Shown: piece after piece, positions 53,401-64,000 of the stretch
How positions within the stretch are numbered: position 1 is the first letter of the stretch
How the letters are laid out: every line of letters begins with the position of its first letter
Source: Eledone cirrhosa
Lineage: Eukaryota
Assembly (NCBI GenBank): GCA_964016885.1
Contig: OZ024755.1
Location: 24,242,001-24,306,000 of the forward strand
Direction: 5' to 3'
DNA: 64,000 bases
Notes under the pieces: generated by a model
Databases searched by the model: none
Told to the model about the DNA's origin: nothing
What the model saw: only the letters and a program-made list of their open reading frames with translations
Position numbers and translations under genes: made by a program

Positions 53401-54380
53401 CTAAAATTTGAGCTTTCACAACATATTCTTTACAATCTACAAGAAAATGGAAACATATTTTTGCTTTCAATGTTTTGTGTATAGGTGAGATGCTTTTACA
53501 AATAGACAGTAATATTGCATCTTAACCTGAGCTATAAAGCTATAAGACATACACAAGCACACATATATCACATATATAAACAGACAAACACATAGAGAAA
53601 CTACATAATATAACTACTACAGCTTGATAATATTTGTTTTCTCCATAATAGTGGCTGGTTCAGGTCAGTGGATGGTTTAATTGGAAATAGGGATGATATG
53701 TGAAGAATATATCTTCACATATCATCACATTCATCACTGGCTCTATTCCTCTAACAGTCACTATCATCCTTCCTCAACACGTGACCCTAGTATCTCATTC
53801 AATTCCCCTTCACAACATTCATCAGTGGTTTTATTCCCATGATCCTCTTCATGTCATTGTTTGTCTTCCCCTCTCTCAGCAATATTTCACTCATTCACTA
53901 GATCATTCTCATTTCCATTCTCTCCAGTCTTCTTTGTTGCTTTACATTCATCACCTGTGTCTCACTCTCATAAAACATGGCATTTTTCACACATGTTTCA
54001 ACAACACTTCCCTCCTCCTTGGAGCATCACTCAGTTCCCAGAACTTCTTTGATGCACATCTCACTGTAGCTACTGTCGCAGAGTCTGATTCACCACCTCC
54101 ATTCAACATAACAAAATGTTTTCTCCCCTTCCATCTTCACACGACTATCCTATTCATCTGTAACTCCTTCCATATAAAATAATATGATGACATTTAAACA
54201 AAGCAATATTAAATAGACAAAATTGGTAAACTCACTTAGACTCTTGGCTAAAGAACCAGAATTCTTAGCAGAATCAGCAACACAGTTCTTTTGTACATTA
54301 ACGCCATAATCAGCCATTAACATTTTACTTTGGTATTCTTGTAAGTTGAGACATCGCACTTGGTTGAAAAAAATTTTTGG
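44353..54380 (-). CDS. SUCLG2: Succinate-CoA ligase [GDP-forming] beta subunit, mitochondrial; 10 exons, 5'-partial (405 aa recovered)
   Basis: complement(join(44353..44465,45406..45526,46073..46215,47906..48067,48640..48736,50601..50690,50810..50962,52343..52433,53334..53436,54236..54380)) = 1218 nt, GT-AG, in phase; [57 protein letters not shown] and IFGGIVNCA are SUCLG2-type. Confidence 0.95.
44518..44732 (+). mobile_element. TTAA MITE family 1
   Basis: Perfect terminal inverted repeats. Confidence 0.85.
44924..45115 (+). mobile_element. SINE family A copy
   Basis: Full family match. Confidence 0.85.
45406..45526 (-). CDS. SUCLG2: SUCLG2 exon ([16 protein letters not shown]...VVRLE)
   Basis: CAG acceptor, GTAAGC donor. 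Confidence 0.97.
46073..46215 (-). CDS. SUCLG2: SUCLG2 exon ([14 protein letters not shown]...PANFLDCGG)
   Basis: CAG acceptor, GTAAGT donor. Confidence 0.97.
46425..47723. mobile_element. Three TTAA MITE family 1 copies (46425-46638 -, 46958-47185 -, 47518-47723 +)
   Basis: Terminal inverted repeats and a shared body. Confidence 0.82.
47906..48067 (-). CDS. SUCLG2: SUCLG2 exon ([18 protein letters not shown]...GNIACL)
   Basis: CAG acceptor, GTAAGG donor. Confidence 0.97.
48640..48736 (-). CDS. SUCLG2: SUCLG2 exon (AAKQI...[17 protein letters not shown])
   Basis: TAG acceptor, GTAAGT donor. Confidence 0.96.
49615..49665 (-). ncRNA. Minimal type I hammerhead ribozyme motif (sense to the SUCLG2 pre-mRNA)
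   Basis: GGCUUC CUGAUGA UUUC-UCCU-GAAU GAAA CAG-UUCUAGUC-CUG UA| GAAACC: core boxes, stems I-III and a GUA cleavage triplet. Confidence 0.72.
50020..50070 (+). ncRNA. Minimal type I hammerhead ribozyme motif (stem III degenerate)
   Basis: GGCUUC CUGAUGA UUUC-UCAC-GAAU GAAA CUUUUUUAGUCCUG UA| GAAGCC. Confidence 0.6.
50601..50690 (-). CDS. SUCLG2: SUCLG2 exon (EPIDIFNGI...NLCEE)
   Basis: CAG acceptor, GTGAGT donor. Confidence 0.96.
50810..50962 (-). CDS. SUCLG2: SUCLG2 exon ([12 protein letters not shown]...GGVDIEEVA)
   Basis: CAG acceptor, GTAATT donor. Confidence 0.97.
52343..52433 (-). CDS. SUCLG2: SUCLG2 exon ([21 protein letters not shown]...)
   Basis: CAG acceptor, GTGAGT donor. Confidence 0.96.
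52491..52703 (+). mobile_element. TTAA MITE family 1
   Basis: Family body and right terminal repeat. Confidence 0.8.
52846..53146. mobile_element. Non-autonomous hAT (Charlie/MER1-like) element with 8-bp target-site duplication
   Basis: Termini CAGTGGTCTCC...GGGACCTCTG flanked by direct CTCTAAAA (52838-52845, 53147-53154). Confidence 0.85.
53334..53436 (-). CDS. SUCLG2: SUCLG2 exon ([18 protein letters not shown]...GGVHLTK)
   Basis: TAG acceptor, GTAAGT donor. Confidence 0.97.
54236..54380 (-). CDS. SUCLG2: SUCLG2 most 5' exon found ([19 protein letters not shown]...)
   Basis: TTTTTTCCAG acceptor, phase 0; GTGAGT donor. Confidence 0.94.
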
Positions 54381-55300
54381 CTGGAAAAAAGAAAATGATT
54401 AATTAATATGTATTTGTTTAGCAAGAATCTTGATTTGAAATCTTGTGTTGAAACCGATATTGTTATATTTGGGGAAAAACATTTTGCCAATTGAACACAT
54501 GCAAAGAGCTTTGATGGAAGAATAAAGATAAAGTGAAAGTTATATGGTGTGCGTGTTCAATTTGGAAAATGACCACCCCCAAATATAACAATAAAATTAA
54601 TTCTTTATTTTTGTATTTGTTTTCCAAGATACTTGATGTGAAATCATGTGTTGAAACAGATATTGTTAAACTATGGAGGAGTGGGGGGTATAATGACATT
54701 AAATACACACACACGCACTAGTTGATTTTTACTTCATTTTAATTATTAGTGACTCTCTGATCTCCGAGCTATGCACTCTATCTATCAAGTAATATTACTC
54801 CAAAAACCCTTTGAGGGAACCCCACTTTGGCCGCTTGTATTTGCAATTGTATTCTTTCAGTCATACCTAAGATTCATCATCATACATAAGGGTTGGCATG
54901 AATACCGAATTGAAGATAGCAAGTTTGGCTTTTTATTTTTGTCATTAAGTTGGTTTTTGGAACATATATTAACAAAAGGCTCTTACATAAAACTATGATG
55001 AAACTTTTAATTCAGATGTAGATATATTAAAATGAGAGGTTTTACATCATAAGGATGTTTTAGATCACTAAGTAGTTTAGAATCAAAAGTGTTGAGTCAA
55101 AATAACAGAACGAATAATTCCATAGTCTGCTTTGATATTTGAAGAAATGTTTCAGTGTGTTAATCCAACCTAATTTACTTTATTCAATAATATGCCTGCT
55201 TCCAACTCCAGTATCAGAAAAACACTGATAGTAGCATTAGAAAGGCAGTAACAGGAATATCAGAAAGACACAAACAATAGAATCAGTAACTCATGGTCAC

Positions 55301-56220
55301 CTGACTTGTCTGATCTCATAACGTGACAGACCATATAACCCTGATCTGTCTGATCTCATAACGTGACAGACCATATAATCCTGACCTGTCTGATCTCATA
55401 ACGTGACAGACCATATAACCCTGATCTGCCTGATCTCATAACATGACAGACCATATAACCTTGACCTGTCTGATCTTATAACGTGACAGACCATATAACC
55501 CTGACCTGTCTGATCTCATAACGTGACAGACCATATAACCCTGACCTGTCTGATCTTATAACGTGACAGACCATATAACCCTGACCTGTCTGATCTCATA
55601 ACGTGACAGACCATATAACCCTGATCTGTCTGATCTCCTAACGTGACAGACCATATAACCCTGACCTGTCTGATCTTATAACGTGACAGACCATATAACC
55701 CCGACCTGTCTGATCTTATAATGTGACAGACCATATAATCCTGACCTACCTGATCTCATAACGTGACAGACCATATAATCCTGACCTGTCTGATCTCATA
55801 ATGTGACAGACCATATAATCCTGACCTGTCTGATCTTATAACGTGACAGACCATATAACCCTGACCTGTCTGATCTTATAACGTGACAGACCATATAACC
55901 CTGACCTGTCTGATCTCATAATGTGACAGACCATATAACCCTGATCTGTCTGATCTTATAACGTGACAGACCATATAACCCTGACCTGTCTGATCTTATA
56001 ACGTGACAGACCATATAACCCTGATCTGCCTGATCTCATAACGTGACAGACCATATAACCGTGATCTGTCTGATCTTATAACGTGACAGACCATATAACC
56101 CTGACCTGTCTGATCTCATAACGTGACAGACCATATAACCCTGATCTGCCTGATCTCATAATGTGACAGACCATATAACCGTGATCTGTCTGATCTTATA
56201 ACGTGACAGACCATATAACC
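55301..56220. repeat. 40-bp minisatellite, 23 highly similar copies
   Basis: Unit CTGACCTGTCTGATCTCATAACGTGACAGACCATATAACC with exact 40-bp period. Confidence 0.98.
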
Positions 56221-59200
56221 CATGGAAAGCTGTTAAACAGCAATGATGATGATGATTCTTTGTCCTTGTTTCTTCTATCACTCCAGATAAATAACTAGGA
56301 CAGTTAATATGATAGCAAACTACTTTTACTGTAGCTTATCTAAGTTTTATTGTTTTGTTGTTTTTTTAACTGGAGTTGTTAAGATTAAGTTTCATTGCAT
56401 TCACATTGAAGATAAAAGTTTGAATTTCTTGATAGTCTATAAAATGATCTGTGATAATAAAATTACCTTAAGGTGGCAATTTAGCAGAATCTTTAGGGTG
56501 TCAGATATTCATTCCAGTTATTTGAATTCTAAGTTTAAATCTCACCAAGGTCAACTTTGCCTTTCATCCTTCTAGTGGCTTACTCTTAGCTAAGTACCTC
56601 TCCTGTAATTGTCTCACCAGAAAGACAGTATTGATAGTACACCTACTTGACACAAATCCACACTATATCTCATCTAATGATTTTGTCTAATTAGTAGTGT
56701 TATAACGCTTTCAGCAACAAACATTTTTTTCTTAAATGCTTTAAAAATGATGATACAATGACCTGTTGGTTCAAATTAAAGACCATTTTAAACTCAGAGC
56801 CTCATCAAGCCAGGGTGAATGTGGTTGGCTCAGGAGTTAGGCTGTCAGACGTTCGTAATCATAAGTTCGTGGGTTCAATTCTTGAACCAGGTAGCACACT
56901 GTGCATTTGAGCAAGACACTTTGTTTCACATTGTTTTTCATGATAGCACTGAGACCCCTATCATGATAGCACTGGGATACCTGAGAAACAGTGTAGGAAA
57001 CCAGCTAAACCGGCATAGGTGTGAGCTGTAAATTTCATTTTTAATCAAGCCACAGTGTGGTGTTAAGCAAGACTTCTTGGATAGAACACCAATCCATCAC
57101 AGGTTTAACCTCAAACTGCTAATGGTATTGATTTTGTTCAGCTGAGTGGACTGGAGCAACAGAAAATGCCTCGCTCAAGGACACAAGGCCCCATCTAGTC
57201 TGAGAATCAAACCTATGACCTCCATATCTCTAACCACTAGGCCACACACACAATACACTTTAAATAGTTTTTCTTTAACTTTTCACATAAGATGTAATGA
57301 CCTACTAATTAAAGTACAAGACTAATAATGAGATAGTTTATCAAACTTTATTACATGTAATCAAACGTTTCAGTAGACATTGTGTGAACACCATATGTTT
57401 TAGATAACTAAAAGCAGATCTCCTTTTCACCTCATTGTTGAGAGATAAAAATTATCAAAAAGGATAAGATATGAAATAAGAAGAAAACCCCAAAAAAATC
57501 CTGAAGCAACATGGCCATATGATTAAGTTGTTTCATTTACTAAAACTACCATACAGTGGAACTGAAATCATGCTGTTACAAAGTGAACATCTTCACCACA
57601 CAGCTATGATTCTGACTGATGATTTAATTTGTTTTAAAATATTTCCAGGAAAAGCCATTTCATCCTCCCCTGCCTTCAAAAATCTACAGTTAAAGTAACT
57701 TATGAAAATTATGAAAATGAAAGTTCAAGGAGAAAAATTGTAGCCCCCAACTCCCATATATATATATATATATATTATAATAATAAAAGGACGAATTGTT
57801 ATATCTTCATTACGTTTATTAAGTAGTGACACACGTTTCACTATTGATCAGCTCAAGGTTTGATCTATATCAATCTAGCCCAACACTGGAATCAAAAGCT
57901 CATCGGACCTCTGCTGTGGTAATGACTGTAACTGCACATTACAAATATTTTTCCATGTCAAATGAAGAGGGTTTTGGTTTTTATTAATATATTTTTAAAA
58001 AAGGGGGCATGGATTAGCAGTATTGATTGGACATTGGACAAAATGCTTTGCAGCATAAAGTTATGGTTCTTTATGTTCTGAGTTCAAATCCCACCAAGGT
58101 TAGCGTTGCCTTTCATCTTTATGGGGTCAATAAAATAAAGTACCAGTAATGCACTGAGATGATTTAATGGCAATGAAAGCATTAAAATGTTGAAACCACA
58201 AAATAATATGATATTTACAAGTATTTCTAGAGGATTATCTTCATGACCTATATTTATCCAAATCACTGTCAAATTTTACAAAGCAAGTACTGAAAGATGA
58301 GTAAAGAACAAATCAATTTATTTTTAGCAGTGGAAATCAGCTCTGTGCATGATGATGTTTCAGGGATCACTGAACTAGGATGATCCCAGTCTCATTGAGC
58401 AAGAAGAAGAAAGCAGTGGAAAGGTAATATAGGACTTTAGAAAACTGATAGATTTATATATGTATTAAGTACACTGGTCACAGTCAGATTAGCTTTTAGT
58501 CATTTTACAACATATAGCCCCTGTACTTGTGATTACCTCCTCACCTCACCACATCTATCATAGTCACATGACATATATCCTCATCCCACCTCCTCACCAT
58601 ACATGACACTATACTTGTCAAGTCTCTCACTCATAGGGTAGGGAGGCTTCTTCAGTTGAGTCAATGACATGTAACCTGCCTACTCAGATTATTCAGTAAA
58701 GTGGTTTGAACTAAGAAGGACTTCCAGCCATAAAAACCATGCCAAGACAGGACTCTTTAGTTATATCAAAAGCATAACAACCACTCTAATGTTGGTGATT
58801 TACATGATAAATGGACCCAGTACACGCTGTAAAGTGGTTGGTGAAGAGCATCCAACCATAGAAAACTTGCCAAACAAAGGGTTGGAAAGATTCTCCAGTT
58901 GTGTCAGACAAGACAGCTTCTCTAGTGCTGGTGCCACAATAAAAACCTGAGGTGTGACTTAACTGGATTTACAAAACACCAATTTTTAAAATTATATGGT
59001 AGACTGTATATGTAAAATTGAGGTGTGACTCATACATGACTACATATGGTATATATATATTCCTTCCTCACTCAGTCTTACATTTCTTTGCAATATCAAT
59101 ATCTGAATTCCTTTCATTTTTATCTCTATCCTGTCTTTTATAAAGAGACCCCTTCTGCCTTGACTGACCATAGGTGCTGCCGGAACTATATTATGGCTGG

Positions 59201-61174
59201 GATTTTTACAGCTGGATGCCCTTCCTAACACCAACCAGATTAGCAGAAGAAAATGGTCTTAACCCTTCCTTGACTGTATTTCAAATGAACGACACTATTT
59301 CAATTAATTCATGAAGAATTTTGCAGGATTTACTAAAATTATTAATTATTTCATTACATGTAAAATTATGTTGGAAGATTCTACTATAAGAAACTTTGGT
59401 GGTTTTGTTTCATAAGACCAGGGGCAGTTTTAGGAAGATCAGTATAGAAGAAATAAATAGAATGATGAATACTAATAAAATATTTGAATAGATTTACTAA
59501 TAAAATAATTAAAGGATTTACTAAAATTATTGTTTCATTATTGATGGTATTGTAATGTCTTATATCTAATTATATTTGAAAATTTTTATTTAAATAAGAA
59601 CCCTTTAAAATGGGTGGTTTTGTTTCATAGGACTAGAGCAAGTTTTGGCTGGATTGATATGAAAAGGGATAAAATGCTTGTTGTGTTCACTAAATATTAG
59701 GCTATACATTTAAACTTTAACCTCTCTCTGACTTTGAAAATTATCTTTTTACATGAGGCAGAATATAAACTGTGACCCTTCAACAGAAATAAATAAAATA
59801 AAATAAATAATAGAAATAACAAAACTGCTGAGAAAATAAAACTATAAAGTACATTGTATGATAATTCTTTTGATAAAATAAAAATATTATCATCGTCATC
59901 ATTATTATAATTAATGCTTTGATATTTGTAATAGAAAGTACCAGAAACTGCCCCTCATTCTACAGCACAAAGCTGTTTTATTTTTTTAGTGAAGGCCCAT
60001 GGCTTTGTTGTTAGAGCATTGACCTTTCAATCATGAGGTTGTGAGTTCAATTCCCAGACTGATTGATGTGTTGTGTCCTTAAGCAAGACACTATTTCACA
60101 TTGCTCCAGTTTACTCAGCTGTAGAAATGAGTTGTGACATCACTGGTGCCAAACTATATCGGCCATTGCCTTTCCATATATCTTGGACTATCACAGAAGT
60201 CCTCAAAATAATCCATATTGACCACCAGTGAGGCAACAGGACTTACCCCTGCAAGAGATCAAGTGAACTTTTGGTTTCAAGCTTGGCATTTGTATAAGTA
60301 ATGAAAATACATAATACTGTAAAGTGGTTATGTAGGAGACACGGTAAAAAGGCTCCCAGTTCACACTGTAAATGTGGTTGATGTTAGGGAGGGCATCCAG
60401 CTGTAGAAAACCTGCCAGAAACAGTTCTGTATGAGCGAGACACGGCCACCCGACTAATCTTATCTCAAGTGGGACAAACCCATCGAACCCATGCTAACAT
60501 GGAAGATGGACGTTAAACGATGATGATGAATAAAATACAACTTTCTTATACAGGTTTCTGATATATATATATACATATAGTCTGTATTTTCCATTTATTT
60601 TAAATTCTGTTTACTGATTTATTTATTTTTGTACATTCCTGGGGTCGATGCGGGGGTCAAGAATTCCACGAAGGGGACAATGGTTTGAAAGTTTGTTGAT
60701 CCCTAGACTATACTGTCCATTGTCTACTTCCATTTTTAAGACAATGTTGTGATTTGTAAGAATTTGACTGCTATTTCTAACAGGTCAAGCAACCGAACAT
60801 GTAGAGGCTTCAATGAAATAAGAAGTTGAGATGTTGATAGCTTTCTCAAGGACACACTAAAATAATTAAATGTCAATAACTAACTATTAAAGAGTGTATT
60901 CCTTCTTTTGTTCTATATATTATGTAACACACCAGAACAACATCAGACCAGCATCACATGTTTATAAGATTAGGAAAACAACCTTGAATTGTTATTTGTA
61001 CCCTGACTTCAAAACAGCAGAAAATATCTAAAAATTAACTTGCTAAGTCAAATGTTTAATCTATGTTTATTGCATCTTTACTAGTGAACAGATCGTTGTG
61101 AAAATGTATTTACCTTCTTATTTTGATAAGCTATATTACTTGCAGAATACAAATTATTTGTTTTGAATTTATAT

Positions 61175-61578
61175 TTAACCCTTTGGCCTTTAAACCGGTT
61201 GTATCCGGCCAGAATTCCCTCACCTTTTTCTGTTCAAATTTGCTGTAACAGGTCACTCATACCGACATTAAGGTATTGTTCTCAAAATAAATAATATCAA
61301 AATCTCATAGATTTGATATTATGTGAGGTAAAGCCTTTACAATGAAAATATAATAGTAAATATAGAATAATATAAATGCTAAAGGGTTAAACCGGCCATA
61401 TCCAGCCAGAATTCGCTCACCTCTTTCTGTTCAACCCGACAATAACTGGCCACTCATATTGATGTTAAGGTATTGTTCTCAAAATAAATAACATCAAAAT
61501 CTCATAGAGATGAAGATAAAGCCTTTACTGTGAAAATACAATAGTAAATATAGAATAATGTAAATGCTAAAGAGTTAA
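61175..61578 (+). mobile_element. Tandem dimer of TTAA MITE family 1
   Basis: Full copy at 61175-61390, then a copy lacking the left terminus, joined at TTAA. Confidence 0.82.
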
Positions 61579-61779
61579 TAAGTTTATTTCAATTAAATTA
61601 AATTATTAATTCTTACTTTGGTATTTTCTTGTAGATAAATAAGATCTTGTTTCTGTAAGGAGTCAGTTTTCAAATTTGACATGTCAAAGGTTACATGAGA
61701 GACAAAGTATTTTACAAATTAAATAACGAGGGTGGGGACTCTTTACTACTTGTGCCAGAATCTCTCTCTAATACTTTTT

Positions 61780-62950
61780 GAGGCAGGCCAACACACAGGC
61801 ACATTACTGTGGATGATAGCCAAGCAAAGGTGCTGGAACAACGAAACACCCTTATGGGCATCACCTGATACCTCAGTAAGGTGAGTCGCCAACAGTGAAA
61901 AGAACTTCAATGTCAGTGGCCCATCTACTGCTCAAAACGTCTGGAAAGCTACAGGCTGGAAAAAATAGTTTGTTGATAATTCACAGTATTTTAGAATTTT
62001 ATTCCACTCGGCTATAAAAGCAGTGACCCTCACTCTTACTGCAGCATCCAGGATGTGGGAAGGAGCAAAAGAATTACTGACTGTGGCGTCCCAAATGAGT
62101 CATCTACCTCTTATCCATGGATAAAGGGTAAGACCATCTGGTCTTTTCCCATCATCTCTGGACAATCCAGCTGGTTCTAGAATTGAGGCGATATTTACCC
62201 AAGTCAGGGCCCGCTTAATAATTAAGTTTAGCTCCATGTGGAGAGCGAAGCGACCAGCATTCAGGCAACAAGACAAACCTTGAAGACCTGTGGAATCAAG
62301 GGCCCTACCACAGCGACATTTCAGTCTCACAGATATTGGCTCCCACTAAGTGTAATGGAGATGTAGAGCTCATCTAAGCTGAATAGGCCACAGGTTGGGC
62401 ATCAAACCAGTCCCCCAAGAATTTTGTACTCATGGAAAGTAGGTAACACCATGAGAATTGATAAACCTAGCTCCCTTCGCTGTAGTAGAGCTTCATCCAT
62501 CTCCTGTTAGAACTAATCCATGTTGGAAAGAAGAGGATGTTACCTACCAAAAGGAAGCAAGCATGGATGGAGAAAATAAAGTAAGGAAGATGAGCATTTA
62601 TGCAGACCTAGGTCCCCTAATTGTTTGAGCAATACAGCCAGCCTGGTGCTGACCAAGCATTTGAGTTTACCAATGATTTGATCATCAAAGTGATAGAGAT
62701 GATGAGAATCTATAAGACAGACTGACTCTGAACATACACAATAACTTAGGAACCGACAGGTAATTTCTAAGTATATATAAAAAAAACCTTGATGGGGCTC
62801 AATTGCCTCAATGCTTTTTAGTAGTCGCTCAAGGTGAGCTCAAAAGCCAGGTCAGTAATTGGGATTCCTAGAGAGCACCATGTTGGTGAAGGATTCCGTA
62901 AACAGGTCTAGTCTGCTGATGTGAAGCTTGGTGGTTGAGGAGCCAGAGCT
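61780..62950 (-). mobile_element. Decayed CRE-clade (RLE endonuclease) non-LTR retrotransposon 3' part
   Basis: CRCG...LSC...H...IIKRAL...LEPAGL.RDDGKRPDGLTLYPW..GR*LIWDATV: a Zn-knuckle remnant plus a PD-(D/E)xK nuclease signature; the upstream limit is uncertain. Confidence 0.8.
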
Positions 62951-63297
62951 TGCATTTGCAACTGTTGACATGGAGGCCCCAACGCCCAAGTTCCTCAATC
63001 ATTATTTTCACAGTTTCAAAAGCCCCCTCAGGAGGACCCCGAAACAAGCATTATTAAGATTTAAAAAAGTTAGTCTCGAGCCTAAAGGCTCATCGGGCCG
63101 GTACTTGTCCAGTTTCCATGGCGTGAAGAAACAGAGTACAAGACTCCCTCTAGATAGGACGCCAGTCCATCGCAGGGCTACCTCACCACCAGCTATTGCT
63201 GGTACTCATTTTCAGATGAGTATACTGGAAACTGTGCAGTGATAGAAACGAAAGAAATTTCTCTAGAGAAAAACAGGTCTATTCATGTCGCCATCTC

Positions 63298-63338
<41 letters not shown>

Positions 63339-64000
63339 TTGTATAGGGGTCGTGCTGGGGACGAAGAAAAGGTACCCAGTGAACGCGCTGCCAGAAATCG
63401 AACACTAACAACAAAACCACGCGCCTTCGCATTTTTACAGTAGGATGTTAAATAGAAGATATTTAGCTGTTATTTTTAGCACGTCGATCAACCACCTACA
63501 GTTCACTCGCTCTATTATTAGTTTAATTGCAAACGACGGGTTACTGGCGAGAGCAGTAATTACTTTTGTTTACCGATACGGATGAAATGATACCGTACGT
63601 TGTTAATATCGCTTTTCCTTAACGATAATTTTGTTAATAAGAAAATACATAAACATCACAACATCTTGCTTCACTTCTAATTCTAAACATGAACTTTAGT
63701 GCTTGTATAACTGCTATTGCCTGTTAGAGTTGAAATTACTGTTTATTATTAAATCGAGAGATAGACAAAAACAGACAGAAATAAACAACACGTGTCCTAG
63801 TACAGATAGAACACCTACCTACCCGTATGTAAGTATCGGGTATTTGAAAATGACCTTCAGCAACTTCAGCAATAAAAAAAAATAACAAAGGCAAGCTTCT
63901 CTTTATCACACGAAAAAACAAAACTCATTCTAGCGTCCTATCTATATCTTTCGTTAAAAACTATAAATTTAAGCTGTGTGTATGTATATATATATGTATG

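Noticed and set aside
53700-54182. 160-aa plus-strand ORF
   Set aside because: Intronic and antisense to SUCLG2; looks like the reverse strand of a decayed LINE 3' region
44353-54380. SUCLA2 identity
   Set aside because: [25 protein letters not shown] and [10 protein letters not shown] match the GDP-forming paralogue
55301-56220. CRISPR-like regular array
   Set aside because: Pure tandem units with no unique spacers, no cas genes, eukaryotic context
63736-63921. Candidate SUCLG2 exon 1
   Set aside because: No in-frame ATG leading to a phase-0 donor, and no targeting-peptide character

Overview
AT-rich, repeat-dense eukaryotic DNA, most likely from an octopod cephalopod (inferred from the SINE, LINE and microsatellite landscape, not proven). 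A 200-N scaffold gap lies at 2953-3152. I assembled three intron-containing genes by hand, with GT-AG sites and consistent phases. NUBP2/Cfd1 is complete (minus strand, 8 exons, 267 aa, 25105-35660). An MXRA7-like membrane protein is complete (plus strand, 2 exons, 190 aa, 35861-40266) and lies head-to-head with NUBP2, with 200 bp between the ATGs. SUCLG2 has 10 coding exons (minus strand, 44353-54380); its first exon was not found. The rest is tRNA-derived SINEs, TTAA-bounded MITEs, a Charlie/MER1-like hAT MITE, decayed RTE, CR1-like, CRE, Penelope and mariner fragments, and minisatellites. The most striking structures are: (1) an inverted Penelope-type repeat in a SUCLG2 intron whose two arms each carry a hammerhead-ribozyme motif, one in the host pre-mRNA sense; (2) a ~500-bp near-perfect fold-back downstream of the SUCLG2 stop; (3) a 182-bp-arm inverted repeat in the last NUBP2 intron; (4) two minisatellites amplified from inside one retroposon family. 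Repeat boundaries are approximate and family names come from motif recognition, not database searches.
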